From Thermoplasmata archaeon (lineage in GTDB: Archaea > Thermoplasmatota > Thermoplasmata > GCA-020350865): a stretch of 35,841 nucleotides of DNA. The notes under the pieces are model-generated. The model saw only the letters and a list, made by a program, of their open reading frames with translations, was not told the DNA's origin and ran no database searches. The translations under genes were made by a program, and so were the position numbers. The DNA lies in contig CP070751.1 of NCBI GenBank assembly GCA_020348445.1, positions 1,039,309 to 1,075,149 of the forward strand, read 5' to 3'. Position 1 is the stretch's first letter, and the number at the start of each line of letters is the position of its first letter. Positions 27,827 to 35,841 of the stretch are shown one piece after another.

Positions 27827-27848
27827 CTGTAGTGTCATACTTTTTTTT

Positions 27849-27991
27849 GAGAGGAGTAGCGTAGTAAGACCATTCGGAATCTGGCACGCAATCTCAGGAA
27901 AGCTGTGCTCCGAAATTACAAATCTTAGATGGCAGCGCGACAGGAAGTGCAACCTGTGTCCGTTGACACCGGTGAATTGCCTGCTCCTCTC
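27849..27991 (+). ncRNA. Unassigned structured non-coding RNA, about 143 nt
   Basis: 11-bp closing helix GAGAGGAGTAG/CTGCTCCTCTC; GCAATcTCA/TGAATTGC; CAGCG/CGTTG with ACAGG/CCTGT hairpin. G-U pairs favour the + strand. GC-rich island in AT-rich DNA; T6 run at 28006. Confidence 0.6.
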
Positions 27992-28095
27992 GTCTTCCTT
28001 TCACGTTTTTTAGTTACTTCTATAAGAGTCTAGTTCCTTAGCTTAAGTAAGAATTAAATAGGAAAAAATTCGATTAACTTGTTGTGAATTCGAGC

Positions 28096-28641
28096 CTACT
28101 CTCTTAGCATCTCAATAGTTATTTTTTTAAAGGCTTCATTCACGTTCTCGCTTGTTTTGGCGCTTGAGGAATAGGCAAGTGACCTCTCGTAATTTGATGC
28201 GAAATCATTAACCTCGTCGATTCCGAATTGCGCTTGATCTTGCAAATCGGATTTGTTGGCGAGAAAAACCATGGGAATCTTCCCTGTCACATTGAAGGCG
28301 GAATTTATCCACCCCTCAAGCTCTTCAAGAGTGTCTTTATTCGTGATATCGCATACTGCAAGCAAACCCTGGGCACCATAGAAATACGCTTCCTGAAGCA
28401 GTTCCCTGAATCCCTTCTGGCCCATAATGTCCCATATCAAGAGGGTCACATTCACATCCTTTTCCTTTTTTGGATGTCGTATCGACAATTCCTTCTTTGT
28501 AACCTTTGTCCCCAAAGTTGTTATATAATCCCCTTCGAAAGCATCATATACAAATCGTTTTATTAGACTGGTTTTTCCCACGGCACCTTCACCGATAAGA
28601 CAAATCTTTAACTTATGTTCACTGGTGTTTGGCATTTTCAT
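28096..28641 (-). CDS. Rab-like small GTPase (Ras superfamily)
   Basis: G1 GEGAVGKT, G2 YITTLG, G3 WDIMGQ, G4 NKSD, G5 SSAK. No C-terminal Cys prenylation motif. RBS GAGGG. Confidence 0.93.
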   Translation of the reverse strand: MKMPNTSEHKLKICLIGEGAVGKTSLIKRFVYDAFEGDYITTLGTKVTKKELSIRHPKKEKDVNVTLLIWDIMGQKGFRELLQEAYFYGAQGLLAVCDITNKDTLEELEGWINSAFNVTGKIPMVFLANKSDLQDQAQFGIDEVNDFASNYERSLAYSSSAKTSENVNEAFKKITIEMLRE

Positions 28642-28853
28642 CCCTCAAATAGGCTATTGGTTCCCAGTTTTTATTAAAATATGTAATGTTCTCATCATTA
28701 ATAAAACCTTCCGACAGATAATTCAAATGGATAACTAATATACTTGGTATTTTGGGGGTTGGCTTTGATTCTGGCATTCAAATAACCAAACCATAATCTA
28801 TTTAATTGAGGGACACCTTTTTGGTTTAGAAAATCGCCTACCAAATTGATGTT

Positions 28854-30089
28854 ATGTTTGGAGAAGATATGATGCCTGAGGAAGAGAGGGTAACTCAAGG
28901 GGATGTCCAACACACCCCAGAGGGCAAAATCAAGGCGTATGTCGAGGAATATATCGACTCGTATATGAACCACGTTGAGGAGATGAACATCGACGAGGCA
29001 GATTTTCCTCTATTTTACACCTACTATCCCTTCCAGGTTACAGGATACATCTTACCCGACAGATCAACTTGTATCCTTTATAAAGGACTTGCCAGTGCCA
29101 CGCAAATCGATGTGAAGAATGCTGATTTTGATGTTGTTGACGAGGAGATTGCCAAAAGGAAATTCGATCACATCTGCTGCTATCCCCCCTCCCATTCTTT
29201 TACCAAGAGCGAGGCAAAAAAACGGGCAAAAGCCGATGTTAAAAGGGATGTTAAGAGCGTACAGCAGGTTCGCAGCCTAGATGCCGAAAGATCAGCAAAG
29301 GAGCACACAATAAAAACCCTCAGGATGCTTGCAGTTGTAGCGCCATGGACAGCCAGAAGAAGAACAGAAAAGCCAGGCCAAAAGGAGCCTGCTAAAATCA
29401 CCTCAAGTTCTCTGAAAATAAAAGAAGGAGAGGATTTTACAACCTACTCTGATCGATTAAATGACCTTGAGACCTCGGTTTTTGAGAAGGAAACTCCCTC
29501 TAAACCCCCTGAGATTCCACCGCCCGCGCCATCTGATACCCCACCCCCTCCACCTCCTGTTAAGGTGGAGGCTCCACCCCAAACCGATGTTACTGCATCT
29601 CAAGCAGGGCCTCAGCCAACCAATATCTCCATTGAGATAAAGCAGCCGGAAGTTGCAAAGACCGAGGGATTTGACGAGAAGAAGGACCTGGAATTACTCC
29701 GTATGAAGAAAACCCTGTACATTCAAGCAACTGACATCGAGAATATGAGGCGTAGGGAACTCGAACTGGCCAATAAGGTCCAGAACATCGAGCAGATGAG
29801 GCAGACCGTGTTTCGGATGAACAGGAAGGTGTACGATACAGACACAAAAGTCACCAAGCTGGAGGCAAGCAACAGGGAGCTTGTCAACAAAATCGACGAA
29901 ATGCGTCTTGAGCAGCAGGAAGAGAACAAGAAGATGAGACGCTTTATTACAGAGAAGGCAAAGAAGGCAAGGAATCAGGCCCTGATAGTGGCTGTCATTG
30001 CCATTGCGATATCCCTATTTTCGCTTCCCTTCCTTTTGATGCTCGTAGTAAAGTATTGGAGTGAGATAAAAAGCATGATCGGGCTTTGA
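28854..30089 (+). CDS. Hypothetical tail-anchored protein: unknown N-domain, Pro-rich linker, long coiled coil, C-terminal TM
   Basis: PPEIPPPAPSDTPPPPPP linker; heptads from about DLELLRMKK to RRFITEK; basic KAKKARN then ALIVAVIAIAISLFSLPFLLMLVV and a ~10-aa tail. No N-terminal signal peptide. Start may be ATG 28869 or 28872. Confidence 0.8.
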   Translation: MFGEDMMPEEERVTQGDVQHTPEGKIKAYVEEYIDSYMNHVEEMNIDEADFPLFYTYYPFQVTGYILPDRSTCILYKGLASATQIDVKNADFDVVDEEIAKRKFDHICCYPPSHSFTKSEAKKRAKADVKRDVKSVQQVRSLDAERSAKEHTIKTLRMLAVVAPWTARRRTEKPGQKEPAKITSSSLKIKEGEDFTTYSDRLNDLETSVFEKETPSKPPEIPPPAPSDTPPPPPPVKVEAPPQTDVTASQAGPQPTNISIEIKQPEVAKTEGFDEKKDLELLRMKKTLYIQATDIENMRRRELELANKVQNIEQMRQTVFRMNRKVYDTDTKVTKLEASNRELVNKIDEMRLEQQEENKKMRRFITEKAKKARNQALIVAVIAIAISLFSLPFLLMLVVKYWSEIKSMIGL

Positions 30090-30329
30090 TTATTTTTTGT
30101 GCCATTCCAGTGCGACACCGCAGCCCGAGCAGTAATTGGCACCCATCTTGAGTAATTCGTTGCACTTGGGGCATTTGTAGATTATGCTTTTACCCTCTTT
30201 TTTGAGTTCTGTTAGCTCAGTTTCCCCCAGTATCTCATCCAAAAGGTATCTTCCTACTGCAACGCCTCCTATGAAACCTACCACTGCGGCACCTGCGACT
30301 TCTGGATCTACTTCCTTTTTCTTTTCCAT
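30090..30329 (-). CDS. Small zinc-ribbon protein with Gly-rich hydrophobic helix
   Basis: GAAVVGFIGGVAVG; CPKC...CSGCG. RBS GGGTG before ATG 30329. Confidence 0.7.
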   Translation of the reverse strand: MEKKKEVDPEVAGAAVVGFIGGVAVGRYLLDEILGETELTELKKEGKSIIYKCPKCNELLKMGANYCSGCGVALEWHKK

Positions 30330-30443
30330 TTTCGCACCCAAGGTTGTTCTTTTGAATGGTTTCCCTAATATAAATTGTTGTTGGTTTTCAGAAGGTTTTA
30401 TATGGTTTTAGCAACATTTATTCTTCAATGGTGGGGGGTAAAT

Positions 30444-32120
30444 ATGAGAACTAAGGTAATTCGTATTGTGCTATGTGTCTTGATGCTAACGGCAGTTTTC
30501 GGTTATGAGATACCACATAATACAAATGCAGATGTTATTGTAAATGAGGAATGGGTAGCGAGATACAATGGCTTTACAAACGGGTGGGATGTAGGAAGTG
30601 CTATTGCAGTGGATTCATCTGGGAATGTCTATTCAACGGGAAGAAGTTATGGAAACGGGACCTATTATGACTATACTACTGTGAAGTATGATAACTCTGG
30701 CAACGAATTATGGGTAGCTAGATATAATGGACCTGGAAATGATCGGGATGAACCAGCAGATATTGTATTAGACACATTAGGGAATGCCTATGTGACTGGG
30801 CTCAGTATTGGAAACGCGACAAGTTGGGACTATGCTACAATAAAATATGACTCATTAGGAAATGAATTATGGGTGGTAAGGTACGATGGTCCAGAATATA
30901 GTGTTGATTCCGCCGAGGCAATTGCCATTGGTGAATCAGGAAATATATATGTTACTGGGGGTAGTAAAGGAGAATGTACAACAATTGCTTATGATTCCAA
31001 TGGTAACGAGCTATGGATAGCAAGATACTCTAGCCCTGAAGGTTCAGGCGGTAGGGGACTTGACATAGCCCTAGACCAATCTGGAAATATATATGTAACA
31101 GGAGGCGAGAGCGGTAATGGAACAGATACTGACTCTGTCACCATAAAATACGATTCAGATGGCAATGAACTTTGGGTTGCAAGATACAATGGACCAGGAA
31201 ATGGTCGCGATCGCTCATATGGTATAGAACTAGATTCATTGGGAAATGTCTACATTGCAGGTGATAGCTACGGAAACGGAACAGATTCAGATTATTTCAC
31301 AATAAAATATGATCCAAATGGTACCGAGCTCTGGGTGGTTAGATATGATGGTCCAGGAAATGACGAGGATATTGTCCATGATATGGATATCGACTCGTTA
31401 GGAAATGTCTTTGTAACGGGACATAGTTATGGAACTATAACACACTCTGACGCTACAACTGTTGCCTATGATTCTTCAGGTAATGAACTTTGGGTAGCTA
31501 GATTTAATGGTCCAGTGAATTACTTTGAATGTAGTCATAGTATAGCTGTTGACAGCTTATTAAAAAAAGTGTATGTAACTGGAGATAGTTATAGCAATGT
31601 TAAATATTATGATATAGTCACTATTACATATGACTATAACGGAAATGAACTTTGGGTTGCAAGATACGATGGCCCAGGAAATCGCAATGATGGGGCTTAT
31701 GGTATAGCTACTGATTCTTCACAAAATGTCTATGTTACAGGGTATAGTTGGGGTAATGGTTCGTTTTATGATTTTGTTACAATAAAATATTCCCAAAAAG
31801 TATCAATTCTCCAGGCAATTATTGACATCGATCCCGATACTCTAAATCTTAAATCCAAAGGCCGCTGGATAACCTGCTACATTGACCTCCCTGGCTACGA
31901 TGTCAATGACATCGACATCGGCACTATATTATTGGAGGACACAATCTCAGCAGAATGGGGAGATGTCCAAAACGACACCCTCATGGTCAAGTTCGACAGA
32001 AGCGAAGTGGAGGACTTACTTTCACCCGGGAATTACAATCTAAAGGTTACTGGAGAATTAACAGATGGAATCGAATTTAAGGGATTTAGCGATGAGATAA
32101 GGGTGATCGAGCCGCCCTAA
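30444..32120 (+). CDS. Secreted SBBP-repeat beta-propeller protein with C-terminal IDIDPDTLNLKSKG-type domain
   Basis: Signal peptide; eight W(V/I)(A/V)R(Y/F)..G...D....GN.YVTG repeats; C-terminal DIDPDTLNLKSKGRWITCYI...LMVKFDR...VTGEL. Start placed at ATG 30444 after GGTGGGGG. Confidence 0.88.
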   Translation: MRTKVIRIVLCVLMLTAVFGYEIPHNTNADVIVNEEWVARYNGFTNGWDVGSAIAVDSSGNVYSTGRSYGNGTYYDYTTVKYDNSGNELWVARYNGPGNDRDEPADIVLDTLGNAYVTGLSIGNATSWDYATIKYDSLGNELWVVRYDGPEYSVDSAEAIAIGESGNIYVTGGSKGECTTIAYDSNGNELWIARYSSPEGSGGRGLDIALDQSGNIYVTGGESGNGTDTDSVTIKYDSDGNELWVARYNGPGNGRDRSYGIELDSLGNVYIAGDSYGNGTDSDYFTIKYDPNGTELWVVRYDGPGNDEDIVHDMDIDSLGNVFVTGHSYGTITHSDATTVAYDSSGNELWVARFNGPVNYFECSHSIAVDSLLKKVYVTGDSYSNVKYYDIVTITYDYNGNELWVARYDGPGNRNDGAYGIATDSSQNVYVTGYSWGNGSFYDFVTIKYSQKVSILQAIIDIDPDTLNLKSKGRWITCYIDLPGYDVNDIDIGTILLEDTISAEWGDVQNDTLMVKFDRSEVEDLLSPGNYNLKVTGELTDGIEFKGFSDEIRVIEPP

Positions 32121-32254
32121 AACCACTCCCTCTTCTTCTTATTGTTTTTACCCTTTTTTTACCACTAACTCCTCCAAATCCCTCGAAAAAACCAAAAGAG
32201 AAAGCTTATATGCTATAACTTAAATATAACGCATTCCCAAAGGAGGGATACGAA

Positions 32255-33448
32255 TTGAAGGCCGTAATCCTTGCTGCTGGAGAAGGCACGAGACTAAGAC
32301 CCTTTACCGTGTCCAAGCCCAAGGTGATGATACCAATTGCCAACCGCCCTATAATAGAATACTGCGTGGAGGCACTTTCTCAAAACGGAATCAAGGACAT
32401 CGTCATCGTGGTGGGCTACAAAAAGGAGAGCATAATGAGCCATTTCGAGGACGGAAAGAAATTTGGAGTGGATATCAAATATGCCCTCCAGCCAAAACCA
32501 CTTGGCACGGCACACGCACTTCTTCAGGCAGAATCGGAGATAGATTGTGATTTTCTAGTGCTTCCTGGTGATAATCTCATCGATCCAAAGGAGGTTTCCA
32601 ATCTCATAGAGAGCGAAAGCCCAAACTCGCTTTTAATAGCAGAAAGCGAAATACCCTCCAAATACGGGGTAATTTTCCTGGAAAAGGAGACAGTGGCCAA
32701 GATAGTGGAAAAACCCACAGAAATGCTCAGCAACCTCATTTCCACAGGTATCTACCGCTTCACACCTGCGATTTTCGATGCAATAAAGGCTGTGGGCGAG
32801 AAGGGAGATCAGGATCTCACTGCCGTGGTCCAGCACATGATCGAAAAAGGAGATACGATATCAGGAATCAGGGGCATAGGTAAATGGATGGACGCAGTTT
32901 ATCCGTGGGATATACTTCATGTCAATGGCATGGCAGTAACAGATGCGAAGATGGGTATAGCCGGTAATATCGAGGAAGGTGCGCAGCTCAAGGGCCAGGT
33001 GTTCATAGGAGAGGAGAGTACAGTGAGGTCTGGAGCTTACATAGTAGGGCCTGTTGTGATAGGTAAAGGATGCGATATCGGGCCGAACGTGTGCATTTAT
33101 CCTTCCACAAGCATCGGAGATAACGTCTTTATTCAGCCCTTTTCCCTTATAAGACACAGCGTCCTCATGAACGATGTGCAGGTTGGGAGCTCCTCGATGA
33201 TATCAAATTCTGTTATCGGGGACGGGGTGCATATAGGTTCACATTTTTCCACTAACAATGATGAGGCGCTGATAAAACTGGAATCAGGTTATCATGGTGT
33301 AAAGGACATAGGCGCCATCATAGGGGAAGATTCAGATATCGGAGATCAAGTGGTTACCAGTGCAGGTGCCGTTGTAGGTGCCAAATGTAAAATCTCATCT
33401 GCAAAGAAGCTCGAAGGCTTCCTACCAAATAGAAGCATAGTGATGTAA
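32255..33448 (+). CDS. Archaeal GlmU-family sugar-1-phosphate nucleotidylyltransferase with left-handed beta-helix
   Basis: KAVILAAGEGTRLRPFT..KPKVMIPIANRP; IVEKP; hexapeptide repeats. TTG start after AGGAGG; adjacent to glmS. Confidence 0.9.
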   Translation: MKAVILAAGEGTRLRPFTVSKPKVMIPIANRPIIEYCVEALSQNGIKDIVIVVGYKKESIMSHFEDGKKFGVDIKYALQPKPLGTAHALLQAESEIDCDFLVLPGDNLIDPKEVSNLIESESPNSLLIAESEIPSKYGVIFLEKETVAKIVEKPTEMLSNLISTGIYRFTPAIFDAIKAVGEKGDQDLTAVVQHMIEKGDTISGIRGIGKWMDAVYPWDILHVNGMAVTDAKMGIAGNIEEGAQLKGQVFIGEESTVRSGAYIVGPVVIGKGCDIGPNVCIYPSTSIGDNVFIQPFSLIRHSVLMNDVQVGSSSMISNSVIGDGVHIGSHFSTNNDEALIKLESGYHGVKDIGAIIGEDSDIGDQVVTSAGAVVGAKCKISSAKKLEGFLPNRSIVM

Positions 33449-33483
33449 TGATCCAAAATTTACATGTAATGGATGTGTAACTG

Positions 33484-35274
33484 ATGTGTGGAATCGTAGG
33501 GTACATAGGAGAAAACGAGGCAGCACCCATACTTCTTCGGGCTTTAAAACGATTGGAATACAGAGGATACGATTCTGCAGGTTTGGTCGTGGTGGACAAC
33601 GACTTGGCATGTTACAAAGATAAGGGTATGATAGATGCCCTTGAACAAAACCTACCAAAGATATCTGGTAAAATCGGTTTGGGCCATACGAGATGGGCGA
33701 CACACGGAAAACCCTCCAAAGAGAATGCACATCCATTCCTTGATTGTAAGGGGAAAATAGGGATTATACACAACGGAATAATAGAGAACCATCTTGAGCT
33801 AAGGAGCCAGCTCATAAAGGAGGGCCACAAGTTCACCTCTGAAACAGATACAGAAGCATTGGTACATCTTATAGAAAAGCACTACAATGGAAACCTCGAA
33901 AAGGCCGTAAAAGAAAGCCTAAAACAGGTTCATGGCTCCTATGCAATAGCTGTTATCCATAAGGACGAGAATGATAATATAGTGGCCGCAAGATGTGAAA
34001 GTCCGTTAGTGATAGGCATTGGGAGCAAGGAGAATTTTATTGCCTCAGATATCGCGGCTTTGTTGGATTACACAAATAAAGTTGCTTATGTCATGGACAA
34101 CGAGGTAGTGAAACTGACAAGAAATGGTTTTGAGATATCAACTGTTCAAGGAGAACCTGTTTCTAGGAATGTGGAGACAATAAGTTGGAGCATGGAGGAC
34201 GCAGAAAAGGGGGGATACGAGCATTACATGCTCAAGGAGATCTTCGAGCAGCCCATGGCCATTCATAATTCACTTTTAGGCAGGATACCTGATCTCACCA
34301 TAAACGAATTCATGAACGGCAAATTCACAACCATAAGGATAATCGCCTGCGGTACTTCCTATCACGCCGGCCTGATAGGTAAATACATATTTGAAAATTT
34401 TTCAAAGGTCCCTGTTGTTGTTGAAATGGGCTCAGAGTACAGATATTCGGAGCCTATTCATGAGAACACGCTTGTGGTTTTAATCACCCAAAGCGGCGAG
34501 ACCGCTGATACTCTAGCCGCTGCAAGAGAGGCAAAGCGGCGGGGTAATATGACCATTGCCATAACCAATGTGGTGGGAAGCAGCATAACTAGGGAGGTGG
34601 ACTACACCTTTTATACGAGGGCAGGACCTGAAATCGGTGTGGCCGCAACAAAGACCTTCATAACCCAGTTGGTTGCCTTGTACATCCTTGGCATCACCTT
34701 TGGTCTCATAAAGCGTACTCTTGAATACGATAAGATAAGGGAACATACGTCAACCCTAAGAAAGTTACCAAGGTACGCGCAGAGCGTGCTGGACGAAGCA
34801 GAACACATAAAGAAATGCGCCCTTACCATGGTTGATGCCACTGATGTGTTCTACATTGGAAGGAATATCAACTATCCCACGGCACTGGAAGGGGCCCTTA
34901 AATTCAAAGAGATCTCTTACATCCATGCCGAAGGTTATCCTGCAGGTGAGCTGAAACACGGCCCCCTTGCCCTTCTGACCCCCCAAACACCAGTTGTGGC
35001 CATTGCACCAAAGGATCATACCTATGATAAGCTCCTGGGTAATATCAGCGAGGTCAGTGCAAGAGGCTCTCCCGTGATAGCAATAGGTTATCAGGATGAC
35101 ACTGAGCTTTCTAAACTTGCTGATAATGTGATATATGTTCCTGAGGTTCCTCCTCTGTTCTCTCCGGTACCAATTTCGGTGGTGGTGCAGCTCCTTGCAT
35201 ATTATGTCGCCCGGGAAAGAAAATGCTCAATTGATAAGCCGCGGCATCTTGCAAAGAGTGTCACAGTGGAATGA
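33484..35274 (+). CDS. glmS: Glutamine--fructose-6-phosphate transaminase (isomerizing)
   Basis: MCGIVG, LEYRGYDSAG, GHTRWATHG, HNGIIEN, SETDTE, TQSGETADT, EGYPAGELKHGP, LAKSVTVE. Confidence 0.97.
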   Translation: MCGIVGYIGENEAAPILLRALKRLEYRGYDSAGLVVVDNDLACYKDKGMIDALEQNLPKISGKIGLGHTRWATHGKPSKENAHPFLDCKGKIGIIHNGIIENHLELRSQLIKEGHKFTSETDTEALVHLIEKHYNGNLEKAVKESLKQVHGSYAIAVIHKDENDNIVAARCESPLVIGIGSKENFIASDIAALLDYTNKVAYVMDNEVVKLTRNGFEISTVQGEPVSRNVETISWSMEDAEKGGYEHYMLKEIFEQPMAIHNSLLGRIPDLTINEFMNGKFTTIRIIACGTSYHAGLIGKYIFENFSKVPVVVEMGSEYRYSEPIHENTLVVLITQSGETADTLAAAREAKRRGNMTIAITNVVGSSITREVDYTFYTRAGPEIGVAATKTFITQLVALYILGITFGLIKRTLEYDKIREHTSTLRKLPRYAQSVLDEAEHIKKCALTMVDATDVFYIGRNINYPTALEGALKFKEISYIHAEGYPAGELKHGPLALLTPQTPVVAIAPKDHTYDKLLGNISEVSARGSPVIAIGYQDDTELSKLADNVIYVPEVPPLFSPVPISVVVQLLAYYVARERKCSIDKPRHLAKSVTVE

Positions 35275-35374
35275 TTTTTAATGCCCAAATCCAGCGAAAC
35301 GTTTAAGAGGCATTAAAATCGTGTTCCAAATATTATTTATAATGACTTTTATATTGATAACTTGGTGACGAATT

Positions 35375-35841
35375 ATGTCTCAGGGAGCAAAAGTGGGCTT
35401 TAAATCCGATTTTTTAAGGATATCGTGGGCAAGTATTATGGTTTATTGTCTCTTGGTATCGATAATATTTGCATTTTTGATACCAGTTTCTGCGAATAAT
35501 CCACCCGGTATCGCAATTACAGAACCTGATAACGGGGCAACTGTTAACGGCACCATCACGATATGGATGGTGGCATGGGATCCGGATGGAAACGACCAGA
35601 TTGAGGAGGTATGGGTGAAAATCGACGGAGGGGATCTCAGAAACGCCACCTATAACCACACCGATGCTGAAGGACAGTGGTGGTACTACGAATGGGACAC
35701 TACAGAAGTGGAGGACGGATGGCATGACATAACTGCCATTACCTACGACGGAACCGACGATGCGAGTGACGTCATCGAGGTTTTTGTGGACAATGTTCCT
35801 GAAAACAATCCACCGGGCATTGCCATTGTTGAGCCCGATGG
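35375..35841 (+). CDS. Secreted protein with tandem Big-type Ig-like domains, 3'-truncated (absent from the ORF track because it has no stop in the window)
   Basis: ATG 35375 after GGTGA. My translation: MSQGAKVGF...LLVSIIFAFLIPVSA-NNPPGIAITEPDNGATVNGTITI...WDTTEVEDGWHDITAITYDG...VDNVPENNPPGIAIVEPD; open to the window end. Confidence 0.85.
   Translation, partial: MSQGAKVGFKSDFLRISWASIMVYCLLVSIIFAFLIPVSANNPPGIAITEPDNGATVNGTITIWMVAWDPDGNDQIEEVWVKIDGGDLRNATYNHTDAEGQWWYYEWDTTEVEDGWHDITAITYDGTDDASDVIEVFVDNVPENNPPGIAIVEPD

Noticed and set aside
27849-27991. yybP-ykoY Mn riboswitch, THF riboswitch, 5S rRNA or tRNA
   Set aside because: Only fragments match (GGAGUAGCG and CCGG; CAUUCGGAA; N7-UAGCGUAG). 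The GCGAGACC/L3 motifs, the 5S helix layout and a T-arm are absent, and no downstream gene lies on the same strand.
27849-28046. RNase P RNA (AGGAAAGCUGUGCUCC resembles CR-I; UUAGCUUA at about 28038)
   Set aside because: The bulged-U P4 register is missing, the terminal helix closes before the putative CR-V, and the element is too short.
28096-28098. Pyrrolysine or selenocysteine read-through at TAG/TGA stops
   Set aside because: The GTPase TAG falls at the natural domain end with a short meaningless extension. TGA stops match paralog or family ends. No pyl/sel genes or SECIS-like GAA motif were seen.
28641-28813. Inverted repeat TCCCTCAA/TTGAGGGA flanking the divergent promoter (invertible switch?)
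   Set aside because: Only 8 bp, one copy is simply the GTPase RBS, and there is no recombinase in the window.
30500-31800. CRISPR-like or non-coding repeat array (recurring GGGTAGC.AGATA)
   Set aside because: The repeats are in-frame protein repeats (SBBP blades) with synonymous variation.
112-35725. Numerous short antisense or alternate-frame ORFs in the track
   Set aside because: They overlap well-supported genes, lack RBS or recognisable motifs, and behave as shadow ORFs.

Overview
Archaeal chromosomal window, most likely from an uncultured Thermoplasmata lineage. This is inferred from fibrillarin, archaeal pantoate kinase plus CoaBC, a COG1340 coiled-coil protein, archaeal GlmU-like/GlmS, a PEF-CTERM tail, TATA-type promoters and the protein style. 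Housekeeping and metabolic genes (bcd-etfB-etfA with a ferredoxin-fused EtfA, coaBC-pok-flpA, an NDP-sugar epimerase, glmU-like-glmS) alternate with at least seven large, sequon-rich surface proteins. These are built from shuffled modules: beta-helix, PKD, LamG, cadherin-like, SBBP propeller and Big-type Ig. There is no rRNA, canonical tRNA, CRISPR array, transposase, integrase or reverse transcriptase. The most notable observations are: (1) an unassigned structured RNA of about 143 nt with its own TATA box and T-run at 27849-27991; (2) a Rab-like GTPase divergent from a tail-anchored coiled-coil protein; (3) a recurrent, unnamed GWN(L/M)xxxP duplicated C-terminal module on several secreted proteins, with evidence of segment swapping between paralogs; (4) a TIGR03790-domain giant adhesin with an inserted carbohydrate-binding module, convergent on a transglutaminase-like lipoprotein; (5) two further hairpin elements in a 570-bp AT-rich gap. 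All family assignments come from motif recognition by eye; no searches or folding programs were run.
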